IMG/VR virus record: IMGVR_UViG_3300037067_012889
Location: 288,001 to 352,000 of that record
Length of the DNA: 64,000 nucleotides
Source: a virus
Lineage: Duplodnaviria > Caudoviricetes
Strand: one strand, 5' to 3'
Positions within the stretch are counted from its first letter, which is position 1, and every line of letters starts with the position of its first letter. The translations under genes were made by a program, and so were the position numbers. Below, piece after piece: positions 9,363 through 19,019 of the stretch. A model generated the notes under the pieces. It did not search any database. It was not told where the DNA came from and worked only from the letters and a program-made list of their open reading frames with translations.

Positions 9363-10203
9363 ATTGTCTAAATTTTGCAGCTAATCTACTATATTCAGTC
9401 ACAAATCCACTAACCTTATATTTACGAGCGAGATCGAATAATTTATTCTTATCGAAGATAGGCTGTGTGTCTAATATCTTCTGGACATATAATTGATTCT
9501 TCAACAATTCAGGGCATAGCGATAAATCTATCAAGAGCATATTTCTAATAAATGGGCTCATACCAACACGTGCTAAGAAAATTGCTCTATCCTTACTAGA
9601 CTTAGCCATGGCAGTACTTTTAACAGGACCTATACCATCATATCCATTTATACGATCCGATGTATCGCCACATAATGCTTTCTGTATAACTGGATCGTAA
9701 TTTGTCTCCTCCATAAATGTTTCTTTCATAGGATCAAAACATTTAACGTGCGACATTCGAAATGCTAGCTGTTTATAATCACTATCGGATGAACATACAA
9801 CTATTGGTGAAGGTGCCAGTACTTTGCAAGTAGCATAAATTAAATCGTCAGCTTCCATGTGATCTTTATTGAATTGTCTGCAACCCATGTAACTGAACAT
9901 GGCCTTAGCAGCAAGCTGAGTACTAATCAGCTCATCCTTAATATCTAAAGTATACTTATCCGGCTTGTCTTTGTATCCGTCAAAAATCTTCATACGCCAT
10001 AACGTAGATCTTTTAGCATCCCAAAATATATTCACACTTTCTGGTTTGAAACGATCGATCCATCCACACATAAACCTAAGCATAATCGTGAATGAATGCT
10101 GGTGTTTATATTGAGACTGCGGCTTTCTATTGGCGAAAATAGCACGATACATCAGGTTCCTAGCATCAACCAACATTATACATTTCTGATCTGTATTGTC
10201 CAT
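9304..10203 (-). CDS. 5'-3' exonuclease / flap endonuclease (PolA N-terminal or T4 RNase H-like)
   Basis: LVDARNLMYRA, EADDLI, SSDSDYKQL, GDTSDRINGYDGIGPVK (H3TH). Confidence 0.9.
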   Translation of the reverse strand: MDNTDQKCIMLVDARNLMYRAIFANRKPQSQYKHQHSFTIMLRFMCGWIDRFKPESVNIFWDAKRSTLWRMKIFDGYKDKPDKYTLDIKDELISTQLAAKAMFSYMGCRQFNKDHMEADDLIYATCKVLAPSPIVVCSSDSDYKQLAFRMSHVKCFDPMKETFMEETNYDPVIQKALCGDTSDRINGYDGIGPVKSTAMAKSSKDRAIFLARVGMSPFIRNMLLIDLSLCPELLKNQLYVQKILDTQPIFDKNKLFDLARKYKVSGFVTEYSRLAAKFRQFAATAEVNDDKNGESGGKV

Positions 10204-10226
10204 GTCGCCCGCCTTATAATAAACGA

Positions 10227-10253
10227 GGCGAAGAGGAATTATTCCTCTTCGCC
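10227..10253 (-). terminator. Hairpin/terminator downstream of the SSB gene
   Basis: Perfect inverted repeat GGCGAAGAGGAAT-t-ATTCCTCTTCGCC, followed on - by TCGTTTATT. Confidence 0.6.
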
Positions 10254-10279
10254 CCTACTGGCCCTGATACGTACTGTTG

Positions 10280-11557
10280 CTAGCTGTTGAGTTCGTCTAA
10301 AAGACGATCAACCTCGCCATCAGCGTCGTCAACAACCTCTTCAGACGACTCATCCGATTCTTCGGCTGGCACTTCGCCATCTAATATATCGGCCTCGACT
10401 TCAACTTCAGCCTCGACTTCGGCCTCGACTTCGGCCTCGACTTCGGCCTCAGCAACCGGATCATCCTCTAACTCAGGATCCGGTTCGACTTTTTTGGGCT
10501 TTGCCGCCGCTGGCTTAGCTGCTGGCTTGGTTGCTGCCGCCGCTGGCTTGGCCGCTGGCTTAGCTGCTGGCTTGGCTGCTGGCTTAGTTGCTGGCTTGGC
10601 TGCTGGCTTAGCTGCCGCCGCCGCTGGCTTAGCTGCCGCCGCCGCTGGCTTGGCTGCTGGCTTGGCTGCTGGCTTGGCTGCCGGTTCTTCAACATCCTCG
10701 GAAACCGCAGCGTCTTCATCTTGGTCGAATCCACCAGATGCTGCGGCCTTAGTCGCTGCTCGCCCGCTCAGCACTGCAGTGACCTTAGCAACCTCTTCAA
10801 GATCGACGGTCGGCATCTTTTCCCAGAGATTTTGTCGCTTTGCAAGTATCTCCTCGATCCGTTTTGGGTCGGCTTGCTTGGAAACCTTGTCGAGAGCGAG
10901 TGGTCTCTTTGAACCGGGACCGGTCAAGAACTTCGATCTTTTGTAGCTATTCATCTGTCCATCTTTGTAGACTTCAAGCTGAAACATCGAAGCATTATTT
11001 TCATCGAAGAACACACCAAATGGTAGCGGCTCTGCAGGATCGCCGCCATCATCATCACGATAAAGGCATTCAAGCCAAATATCGACAACGGTCTTTGGTG
11101 CGTTCCACCATAAGACCTTGCTACGAAGTTCTTCAGGATTCAGTTCGAGCGGTGGGAAATAGAGATTGACCAAATGATACTGGCCGGGAAGAAGCGCTTT
11201 GCCGATCTCGCCACGTTTTTTCTTACCTTCGACAGTCGTGCCATCGATTTCAGATAAGAGATCGAAGCCATATTGGCAGATCTCACATTCCTCATCATTG
11301 ATAATACGCGGACAACCGATCCGCTTATTATCAATATAATGGGCACCATTCGGAATTGCGAACAATTCCATGGTTCGTTCACACGTCGCTTTGCCCTCGT
11401 TGCAGAGATCGCCTTCTTGCAATGGTGGCAAAACAAAGAACCGAAACTTCGCTACTTTATCGCCATCCATTTTGGGGGCTCGGAATTCTGTTGGATCCCT
11501 GCCCTTCTTCAATTTAGCTCTAACTTGAGCCCTAATAGCTTCAATGTCATATGCCAC
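10280..11557 (-). CDS. Single-stranded DNA-binding protein (T4 gp32-like) with a PAAK-repeat linker and acidic tail
   Basis: RFFVLPP, HY..CP......CEIC zinc site, MNSYKRSKF; acidic C-terminus; located beside UvsY-like, flap nuclease and helicase genes. Confidence 0.75.
   Translation of the reverse strand: MAYDIEAIRAQVRAKLKKGRDPTEFRAPKMDGDKVAKFRFFVLPPLQEGDLCNEGKATCERTMELFAIPNGAHYIDNKRIGCPRIINDEECEICQYGFDLLSEIDGTTVEGKKKRGEIGKALLPGQYHLVNLYFPPLELNPEELRSKVLWWNAPKTVVDIWLECLYRDDDGGDPAEPLPFGVFFDENNASMFQLEVYKDGQMNSYKRSKFLTGPGSKRPLALDKVSKQADPKRIEEILAKRQNLWEKMPTVDLEEVAKVTAVLSGRAATKAAASGGFDQDEDAAVSEDVEEPAAKPAAKPAAKPAAAAAKPAAAAAKPAAKPATKPAAKPAAKPAAKPAAAATKPAAKPAAAKPKKVEPDPELEDDPVAEAEVEAEVEAEVEAEVEVEADILDGEVPAEESDESSEEVVDDADGEVDRLLDELNS
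10500..10685 (-). repeat. 12-bp-based coding repeat (KPAA)n
   Basis: Repeated ggcttggctgct/ggcttagctgct units encoding PAAK. Confidence 0.9.
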
Positions 11558-11568
11558 GCTAGATCTCC

Positions 11569-12090
11569 TTAAGTTTGTCTACTGGATTGTTCTTTGTCTT
11601 GACGCTTAAAACCAGCAAGCGATCTGCTGTGTTCAGATCTCAGCTTTATCGCTTCTACCATGTGATATACTTTCCCACAATTTCTCTGTAATATGGTGAG
11701 TTCTGCCTCTATTTTAACAAGATCTGGATCACCATCGACTATCGCATTAGTTTGCTTATCTGTCGGCGGTTTTGTATTTCGTATGCGGAATTCTTCAATA
11801 GTCTTACGCAATATAGAATGTTTCTTCGACCTAATCTTCAATTCTAATATTGCAACAGCACTCCTGAGTTCGCTATAAATAGCTGCCCAATACATATATT
11901 GGGCTGGGATGCGTTCATGTTGCTCTTCTAATAATTCATAATTTATATCGATATCTTCTGCTAAGTTGATTTCACAGATTGTACCGTTTTGTAATTTGAC
12001 CTTAAATTGAAATAGAGAACTATTGGCAAGATCGAGTGGTACATGTTCTCGAAACCATTGCGGCATCTGTTCTTTTTTATCGTATACCAT
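11569..12090 (-). CDS. UvsY-like recombination mediator
   Basis: Helical protein with IVDGDPDLVK...VEAIKLRS...LAGF pattern; directly upstream of ssb. Confidence 0.6.
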   Translation of the reverse strand: MVYDKKEQMPQWFREHVPLDLANSSLFQFKVKLQNGTICEINLAEDIDINYELLEEQHERIPAQYMYWAAIYSELRSAVAILELKIRSKKHSILRKTIEEFRIRNTKPPTDKQTNAIVDGDPDLVKIEAELTILQRNCGKVYHMVEAIKLRSEHSRSLAGFKRQDKEQSSRQT

Positions 12091-12105
12091 ATGTTCTCAA
12101 ATACG

Positions 12106-13299
12106 TCATTTTGTTCGAAATTTATTTACATCTAAATATATTCCACACGGTTTCCATTGACACCAGCTTTTACCGATATTAATACGTACCGGAAATACTG
12201 GATCAGAATCTAATATTCCAGAAAACGGCCTACACATAATGTTGGCAACTTCCCGTATTGTCGATTTTAATACATTTTTACTACAAGCAAGTGTTATAGA
12301 GTCGTGTGTTTCAGCCAGCAATCTATAATCTGATTCCCAGACCTTTCTAATAACTATTTGCATCGCGTGTGCTATAGATCCCTGCATTGTCGCATTGAAA
12401 GCAGACCGTGGCTTTTCAGCATTAAAAAATTCCCTACCTAGAATGCTAAAAATTGGCTCTCCATTATCCATCTTCTCTTTCTGAATAATTATCCATTCAC
12501 GCAGCTCTGGGAACATTTGAAGTATCGGATGATCAATGTCAATTGCATTAATAGCACGCAGCAGCATGACCTTACAATCTTTTCTGGGCACTTCAAGTTT
12601 TTCAGATATCTTCATATATGGATCGTGATTTATTGATATATCATTCAATTCTTTATCACCACTCAATATTGCAGCGATACGTATATCTGCCGCTCTCCAA
12701 TCGAAATTAACAAACAAATCAGATTGATCGCCGTGCGGATCTGATATAAAATCACTTGCCGATGTGCCTTGAAGATTAAAACCGGTATTCTTGCTTCTTC
12801 CACTGACTGTTCGATGTGTCCACTTAGGAAATTTGTGCAGACCTCCAACTAATATGCCCTGTCGTTCAAGACTCTCATAAACAACAGAAGCATTAGCAGC
12901 TATATTATGCCATATTTTAATTTTCTGACTTTGCAACTCAGCAAGCATGCTATTGATTACAAGCGACGCCTCCTCTAATGTAGTGGACGTCGTTTTAGGA
13001 AATGGTAAGAAGACGTCGCATATATTTAATCGCTCCTTAGGAAGCGAAAAGTTGAAGCCAGTCAATACAGATTTAAAGTCGTTTGTAACGATCGTTTTAT
13101 CGCACAACAACGACCGTTCAATCCATTGGCATATCTTACCAGATGATCGGTGGATATCATATATTGACTTGCCGGTACCAGAGATATAAAGTGGTATTAT
13201 TACGTCTTTACCCGATGTCCTAATACCGGCTACTAATGGTCTTAGTTTCTTATCAAATAATGCACAAAAATAGCTGATAGAATCATTAACTAAGACCAT
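12106..13299 (-). CDS. Small, divergent family A DNA polymerase (polymerase domain only)
   Basis: TVSGRSKNTGFNLQ (TxTGRLSS..PNLQ), motif A DWRAADIRIAAILSGD, AFNATMQGSIA, motif C ETHDSI. Confidence 0.8.
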   Translation of the reverse strand: MVLVNDSISYFCALFDKKLRPLVAGIRTSGKDVIIPLYISGTGKSIYDIHRSSGKICQWIERSLLCDKTIVTNDFKSVLTGFNFSLPKERLNICDVFLPFPKTTSTTLEEASLVINSMLAELQSQKIKIWHNIAANASVVYESLERQGILVGGLHKFPKWTHRTVSGRSKNTGFNLQGTSASDFISDPHGDQSDLFVNFDWRAADIRIAAILSGDKELNDISINHDPYMKISEKLEVPRKDCKVMLLRAINAIDIDHPILQMFPELREWIIIQKEKMDNGEPIFSILGREFFNAEKPRSAFNATMQGSIAHAMQIVIRKVWESDYRLLAETHDSITLACSKNVLKSTIREVANIMCRPFSGILDSDPVFPVRINIGKSWCQWKPCGIYLDVNKFRTK

Positions 13300-13301
13300 T
13301 A

Positions 13302-13709
13302 TTATGTTAAGAAATGCTTCTGCTTTGATGGTTTCTTACTACCTGCACGAAGCTTGTCAACCAACTCTGCTTTTTCTCCGGCTGGTCGCATATATCCGTA
13401 TGGATCATTATTCTGCAACTGGTGCAATGCCATATCACGTTGTAGTGCGCCGGCATTCTTCTTCTTAAATTCGCGCCAGTCACCACCACGAATAAATGTA
13501 CTCTGCGTCGTTTCTAACAGAGTAATCTTCGTGTTGTACCCTTCACACAGAGGACATTGTGTTGCTTGCTTCAATTCTTCTTCAGTTGGAAACATACTGT
13601 GTGAAGTTTCAAACAGCAACACGGTTTGCTCTTCGTCGGTCAAAGACCTACCAAGCTTCACTTCACCAGCAGATATACAGTCCGTGCAGATATAGTTATA
13701 TCGCGGCAT
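13302..13709 (-). CDS. FmdB-like zinc-ribbon protein
   Basis: MPRYNYICTDC...CPLCEG...FIRG. Confidence 0.65.
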   Translation of the reverse strand: MPRYNYICTDCISAGEVKLGRSLTDEEQTVLLFETSHSMFPTEEELKQATQCPLCEGYNTKITLLETTQSTFIRGGDWREFKKKNAGALQRDMALHQLQNNDPYGYMRPAGEKAELVDKLRAGSKKPSKQKHFLT

Positions 13710-13717
13710 TATCGCAC

Positions 13718-14128
13718 TTATTCCTTGGCTTTATCAACACCTACGATATAAACAACATCACCAGCATCACCAGGTACTCCAGCCTGTATGTTGCTATATC
13801 GAACCAAAACAATACGTACGCTGCCGTATGTCGGATACAAATTATCCAAGTTACACATCGCTGGTTTCGTCGCAAATTTGACGATAGAACCAATTGGGAA
13901 TGCATTGCTCATCTCTTCATCGACGAGTGGCCCAATACCAACGATGATGCCAATAGTTGGTTCTTCTTCTATAGTGATGATTGCTGACGTTTTCTGCGAC
14001 AAAATCGGAGCGATTGCCACATAATCGTTTGCAACACGGATCGGCGTCACCTGATAGACACCATTTTTAGGTTTGATGAATTCGACTGTATTCTCAAACG
14101 ATCTTCCCAATAAAGCATTTTCAGACAT
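13718..14128 (-). CDS. groES: GroES-like co-chaperonin (cpn10 / gp31-like)
   Basis: PIRVANDYVAI...SAIITI...PTIGIIVGIGP...IGSIVKF...IVLVRYSNIQA matches the GroES layout. Confidence 0.65.
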   Translation of the reverse strand: MSENALLGRSFENTVEFIKPKNGVYQVTPIRVANDYVAIAPILSQKTSAIITIEEEPTIGIIVGIGPLVDEEMSNAFPIGSIVKFATKPAMCNLDNLYPTYGSVRIVLVRYSNIQAGVPGDAGDVVYIVGVDKAKE

Positions 14129-14147
14129 GATGTTCTCTAATTAAAGG

Positions 14148-15560
14148 TTATTCTATCTCAGCCATGCCCATTCTACCATAAAATACATTGGCTGTGACGG
14201 AGACAAATTTTGGTCCATTACGATTCTTAGCTATCCAAAATCTAATTATAGACGGGATGTCTTTCTCAGCATCACCTATTTTATACTCATCCTCAGTTTG
14301 ATTTAAACTTACCACATAATCAACTGGCATAGCCTTGCCGAAACTCTCTGCCGCTTTATCTAAGTCGATATGCGCCTGCACGGCCTGTGCACCAGGCGCA
14401 GCATTACCGGCATTGCCATTTTTCACACCACCACGATTCGTCTGTGTCGCAGAATAAACAAGCACATTTTCATTCTTCGCCAAACCACGCATTTCAGTAG
14501 CTACACTTTTTTGTCTTGTGTAATCACCATCATTATTATAACTATGGCGGCTTTGCATCAATTCCAAATAATCAAGAACAACTACCTTAGGTATCCAGCC
14601 TTTAATTTTTCGGTTTGTCTCGATAATGCCATAAATGTTATTAACACTACATTCATCTGGCGGTAACTCATAAATAACGAAATCACCGACTTTACCTTTG
14701 TCGGCCTTGATAATACCTCGTACAGCAGACTGTGTACTACGAATCGATTCTTGATCAGCTTCTGATAACTTATCAATATTGGCTCGTGCGAATTTTCGAA
14801 TAGCTTTTTTAGACATACAACTCGCTAAGCGTATCGCCGTCTTATATGCAGAAAGCTCAAACGTCACAAACAAGACATTATGACCTTGCAACATAGCAGC
14901 ATGTGCCATGTTAATTAATGTCAACGTCTTACCAACACCTGTCGGGGCTAAGACTATAAGAACTTCTCCGGGTGATGGGCCACCTTCATTTAATGGAGCA
15001 TCAAGACCTGGAAATCCGGTGCTAATATGCTCTATCGCAGTATCGGCGAAGATCTCATCTATCTGATCGAAAAACCAAAACCCTTGATTACCAATCGTAT
15101 TGATGCTAGAAGCAGAATCAACAATCTTACGTAAAAACTCATGATCACCTCGTTGATGTGCTGCGATAGCATCGTCAGAATACAATTGTGCATATGATTG
15201 ATGCTCTACCCAATCGCGTAACGTTTGCCGTAATATCGGCGCTTCTCTAGGATTCGATTGTCTATCGACAACACTCAATATTTCTTCATATGGATCGTCA
15301 ACAGTCAGTTGTTTCGCAAGACGATCATGCAGCAATGGGCGAGATGGTATCACACCGAATTTGTCAAAATCTTGTTTTAATGCCGCTACGACATACTTTA
15401 CTTCTGGCCTTGTAAATAAATCTGCAGTAATAAATTTCGATGTAGGAATATATAATTCTGGAAAATCTAGAATTAACGATATGATACCAGCTTCCATATT
15501 TGGGCCAAATGGCGAATCGACAGAACTAGATTCTTGTTCTGTCTGCAGAGCCTCGATCAT
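14148..15560 (-). CDS. dnaB: Replicative DnaB-like helicase (T4 gp41-like)
   Basis: STGFPGLD, LAPTGVGKT, FVTFELS, VVVLDYLELM, SATQTNR, AESFGK, IAKNRNG. Confidence 0.9.
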   Translation of the reverse strand: MIEALQTEQESSSVDSPFGPNMEAGIISLILDFPELYIPTSKFITADLFTRPEVKYVVAALKQDFDKFGVIPSRPLLHDRLAKQLTVDDPYEEILSVVDRQSNPREAPILRQTLRDWVEHQSYAQLYSDDAIAAHQRGDHEFLRKIVDSASSINTIGNQGFWFFDQIDEIFADTAIEHISTGFPGLDAPLNEGGPSPGEVLIVLAPTGVGKTLTLINMAHAAMLQGHNVLFVTFELSAYKTAIRLASCMSKKAIRKFARANIDKLSEADQESIRSTQSAVRGIIKADKGKVGDFVIYELPPDECSVNNIYGIIETNRKIKGWIPKVVVLDYLELMQSRHSYNNDGDYTRQKSVATEMRGLAKNENVLVYSATQTNRGGVKNGNAGNAAPGAQAVQAHIDLDKAAESFGKAMPVDYVVSLNQTEDEYKIGDAEKDIPSIIRFWIAKNRNGPKFVSVTANVFYGRMGMAEIE

Positions 15561-15877
15561 TAGGTCAATCCTTGGTATAAACGCTGTAGAGCGGCTAGCT
15601 GGTTTTGTAAGCTTGCAATACAGATCGCTATTGCTGTTCTGTAATCGATCAAATCGTCCTCATAGAATTTAATCGGTAGAACTCGTTGACCTGTTATCCT
15701 ATCACCTATAGTCTGGACAGTCGATGGTTGCTTAAGATGCATAGCCAACGTATATTCTAGCTTTCCCGTTGGCTGATAGCTCATACTTTTAATATTATAA
15801 GCTTCCAGAAACCCAAGAGCCGCAGATTCTCTTAAATATACTGCCTGACCAATATCATAAAGCGGTGCTTTAGCCAT
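15560..15877 (-). CDS. Hypothetical protein
   Basis: 105-aa ORF translationally coupled between recA and the helicase. Confidence 0.7.
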   Translation of the reverse strand: MAKAPLYDIGQAVYLRESAALGFLEAYNIKSMSYQPTGKLEYTLAMHLKQPSTVQTIGDRITGQRVLPIKFYEDDLIDYRTAIAICIASLQNQLAALQRLYQGLT

Positions 15878-17007
15878 TACTCTACCTCATCGAATGTTTC
15901 TTCTTCTTCCGTATCTTTGGTAGAGCTATCAGCGGGCGCAAGATCGGAAATTTGACCAACTTCCATCAATTTATAGGTCTCATCGGAGATAAGACCAAAT
16001 AACTCTGGATCGGCCCCTAATGTCGTAATCAATTTTTCTTTTCCTATCGCAATCTTACGATCACCGAAATAATAATTAGAGCCCTTTTGCGTTATCACCT
16101 TCATATCAATGGCACAATCGATCAATGACGACATCTTGTTAAATCCATATATGCCAGTAGTACCAAAATGGATTTCAAGTGCTACAGAGCGAAATGGCGG
16201 TGCTACTTTATTCTTAGCAATCTTTATTTTAGTCTTTACGCCATAAGGCCGATCTTTCTCGCGTAATGTCTCGGCTCTACGAATTTCCAATCTGACAGAG
16301 GAATAGAACTTCAGTGCTCTGCCACCGGGAGTGGTCTCAGGATGCACATAACTTGGTCCTAGTTGGCCAATCTTATCTCGCAGCTGATTGATAAATAGTA
16401 CAGTAGTGCCAGTCCTGAGACATTTGCCCGCTATCTTGCGCAGGCCCTTTGACATCAACCTGGCCTGTGCACCTATTTGTTTATCACCTATATCTCCGTC
16501 CAACTCTTCCTGTGGTACTAGTGCTGCAACACTATCGACTACAACAAGACCGATTATCCCGGAATTTACAAGTGCTTGAACAATGTCAAAGGCTTGTTCA
16601 CCACTGTCTGGCTGCGACAATAACCATTTCTTGACATCGACACCAATACGCGTGGCCCAATCATAATCCAATGAATGCTCAGCATCTACATAAGCAACCA
16701 ATTTGCCGTTCTGCTGAAAGCTCGCTACTATTTGTAGGGCGAGTGTAGTCTTTCCACTAGATTCCGCACCATATGCTTCTATAATTCTACCCTCTGGCAA
16801 GCCACGGCAACCGAGGGCGAAATCTAGACTTACCAAGCCAGTAGACGTCGATTTTGTTGGTTTGATAGTTTCTTCGCCGCCCCAGTGAATAGAATCACCG
16901 AATTTTTTCTCCAAATCTGACATCATGTCATCGAAACTAATCATTTGGCCAGATTCATCTGCTGCGACTTGGGCGTCCGACTTCACAGTTGGTCTCTTCT
17001 TCGCCAT
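15877..17007 (-). CDS. recA: RecA recombinase (bacterial type)
   Basis: GLPEGRIIEAYGAESSGKTT, DAEHSLD, SQPDSGEQA, VVDSVAAL, QARLMS, FINQLR, TPGGRALKFYSSVR, KNKVAPPF. Confidence 0.97.
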   Translation of the reverse strand: MAKKRPTVKSDAQVAADESGQMISFDDMMSDLEKKFGDSIHWGGEETIKPTKSTSTGLVSLDFALGCRGLPEGRIIEAYGAESSGKTTLALQIVASFQQNGKLVAYVDAEHSLDYDWATRIGVDVKKWLLSQPDSGEQAFDIVQALVNSGIIGLVVVDSVAALVPQEELDGDIGDKQIGAQARLMSKGLRKIAGKCLRTGTTVLFINQLRDKIGQLGPSYVHPETTPGGRALKFYSSVRLEIRRAETLREKDRPYGVKTKIKIAKNKVAPPFRSVALEIHFGTTGIYGFNKMSSLIDCAIDMKVITQKGSNYYFGDRKIAIGKEKLITTLGADPELFGLISDETYKLMEVGQISDLAPADSSTKDTEEEETFDEVE

Positions 17008-17300
17008 TATTTCTTTTTGCCTTTATAACAGATGTTCGTCAAGCAATCTATTACTTGTTGACGGTCGTTTGTGCAAACCTTTCGAATATCACCCAATGGA
17101 ATACGGATAAGAGTTTCGTCTTTGGCCAGTAGAGCATCACCATCGATCATACCCACTACACTCCATCTACCGTGAGGACTTGGCGCAAAACCAGGCTTGG
17201 TAGATAAATATTTCACTCTTTTGACAGTCAATAATTCTACTTGATCAAGCTGTCGAATTATTGGCCTTGGTTCTTCTGGTATGTAATTGGGACTATACAT
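17007..17300 (-). CDS. Hypothetical protein
   Basis: 97-aa ORF coupled to the recA start. Confidence 0.6.
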   Translation of the reverse strand: MYSPNYIPEEPRPIIRQLDQVELLTVKRVKYLSTKPGFAPSPHGRWSVVGMIDGDALLAKDETLIRIPLGDIRKVCTNDRQQVIDCLTNICYKGKKK

Positions 17301-17336
17301 TTGTCATCCGAGCAAAGATTTATATAGGAGAATGTC

Positions 17337-17780
17337 ATGAACAACAATGAAATGCTGTTGACTGAAGCCGTCCAAACATATTTACAGCACAAAGTCAAAC
17401 TAGGGCTGCAAGATCCACCGAAGGAATTGGCAGATGCCGATGCCAAATCCTTGCAATTCATGCACGAGCAGATAAATGATCTGTTCGAAGTCAAAGCAGT
17501 TGATCTGGTATGTTTTGAAGGTGCATGTAGGGCATTTCGAAAAGTTCATAACTACAAATATATTACCGATCCATTGTTCGAAAAAGCCTTGACACAAGAA
17601 ATGATCAGTCAGGGTGTGTTAGGTGCAGAACAAGAAAAGGTAATAGGCATCATTGATACTATAAAAGAAGAAGTTAGTGTTGGTGACGGATGGTGTGAAC
17701 AAGATGCCGGATATCATCCAGATCTAAAGGGAATTATTGCTGTTAGCAAGCCAGGGCAATCTCCGGGCAGTATAGAATGA
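17337..17780 (+). CDS. Hypothetical protein
   Basis: AGGAG SD; 147 aa. Confidence 0.7.
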   Translation: MNNNEMLLTEAVQTYLQHKVKLGLQDPPKELADADAKSLQFMHEQINDLFEVKAVDLVCFEGACRAFRKVHNYKYITDPLFEKALTQEMISQGVLGAEQEKVIGIIDTIKEEVSVGDGWCEQDAGYHPDLKGIIAVSKPGQSPGSIE

Positions 17781-18031
17781 AATTATTGACATTAAGTGAA
17801 GGCGATCTTCTTAAAGCCCTGACACACGCCACCGGTGCCCAATATAGTCGTAAATCATTGCTAAGCATGAGCGCGGACGATATTAAAACAAGAGCAGATA
17901 ATGGCCAAGACGCTGGCTCAAGGGTTTCTGGTTTCACATCTCAAGCGACAGGTGTACCAATAAAGCCAAGGCATCGTAAGTTCTTGGGTGTCTCGACACG
18001 ACAATTTAGCTTATCGCCGCCCGGTCTATAA
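17777..18031 (+). CDS. Hypothetical protein
   Basis: ATGA overlap with the previous gene. Confidence 0.6.
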   Translation: MKLLTLSEGDLLKALTHATGAQYSRKSLLSMSADDIKTRADNGQDAGSRVSGFTSQATGVPIKPRHRKFLGVSTRQFSLSPPGL

Positions 18032-18157
18032 CTACCATTTTATGAATGTTATAGTTCCGATTCTAAATAAACGCCTAGGTGGATTTGCGGTAGCATACTG
18101 AAAATATGCGTCGTTTGTAATATTCCATCCAAATAACGAATAATAGAATGTTTTCAT
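18032..18157 (-). CDS. 41-aa hypothetical microprotein, MKTFYYSLFGWNIT...FIKW (not in the ORF track)
   Basis: Read manually; starts 1 nt after the stop of 18159..18968 and exactly fills the gap. Confidence 0.4.
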   Translation of the reverse strand: MKTFYYSLFGWNITNDAYFQYATANPPRRLFRIGTITFIKW

Positions 18158-18158
18158 A

Positions 18159-18968
18159 TTAAGCTAGGCCAGAGCCTCCACATTTAGGACATGCGATTGT
18201 TTCCGTCTGGCTCTTCTTAATTTGCCCTTCACCATTACACATAACACAACGATGTAAGTCGTATCCATCTACAAAAGAATGATCCTCAGATGCTTGCCGC
18301 TTAAACCTACGCTGCAAGTCGGCATCAGTCATAGTTTTTGCAATTCTGACTCTAGTAGTACCGAGACCATCCTGTCTAATCGATGGAATTGCTAATGGAG
18401 TACCATGTCTACCCTCAGCAAGCTCCATCTTAACTAGGCCATCTCGTGCACCATCGGGTAATTTGTCGCTGAGATCATTTGGATTGTAAGCATCATGCCC
18501 CTCGACACCGCGTCCGTCAACTGATCCAGATAAACCAGAAACACGCCTCTGCATGACATTATCAACTTCGGATGCGGGTAATATACCCTCGGCTCTACCA
18601 CCACGCAATTCTGCGATTTGCGATTCAACGATTGGCTTGGTAGTCGTCGCAGTTGGTTGTTGTTGTGCTTTCGCAACCATGATACTACCCTGTGGCGCAA
18701 CTACCATACCAAGTTCAGCTGCTTGCTTTAGAAATTCCGCCATCCTAGCATCATAATCAGTCTTCCACTTTAAATAAGCTACTTTAGCCGCCTTAGGAGT
18801 TATGTCATCTGCGTGTTCAGAACAAACCTTCACAGTAATTTTTTGATCATCTATCGTTATTGTAAGTTCTGTTTCCAAATCCTTATCAGATCCACATATA
18901 ATACAATTGTTGTTTTGCATTGTCTTGTCTCTGTCATCTTCCCACGAATGCGGTCTGTGCATAGTCAT
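18159..18968 (-). CDS. Hypothetical protein with an N-terminal Zn finger and C-terminal DnaJ-like CxxCxGxG repeats
   Basis: CIICG...CSEH; CVMCNGEG...CPKCGGSG; alternative start at 18920. Confidence 0.7.
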   Translation of the reverse strand: MTMHRPHSWEDDRDKTMQNNNCIICGSDKDLETELTITIDDQKITVKVCSEHADDITPKAAKVAYLKWKTDYDARMAEFLKQAAELGMVVAPQGSIMVAKAQQQPTATTTKPIVESQIAELRGGRAEGILPASEVDNVMQRRVSGLSGSVDGRGVEGHDAYNPNDLSDKLPDGARDGLVKMELAEGRHGTPLAIPSIRQDGLGTTRVRIAKTMTDADLQRRFKRQASEDHSFVDGYDLHRCVMCNGEGQIKKSQTETIACPKCGGSGLA

Positions 18969-19019
18969 ACTCGTATTTAAATCCTATAATTAAATACACA
19001 ACAGAATGGAAAAATTATT

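Noticed and set aside
10287-10946. + strand (AAGL)n ORF
   Set aside because: It is the antisense of the SSB PAAK linker.
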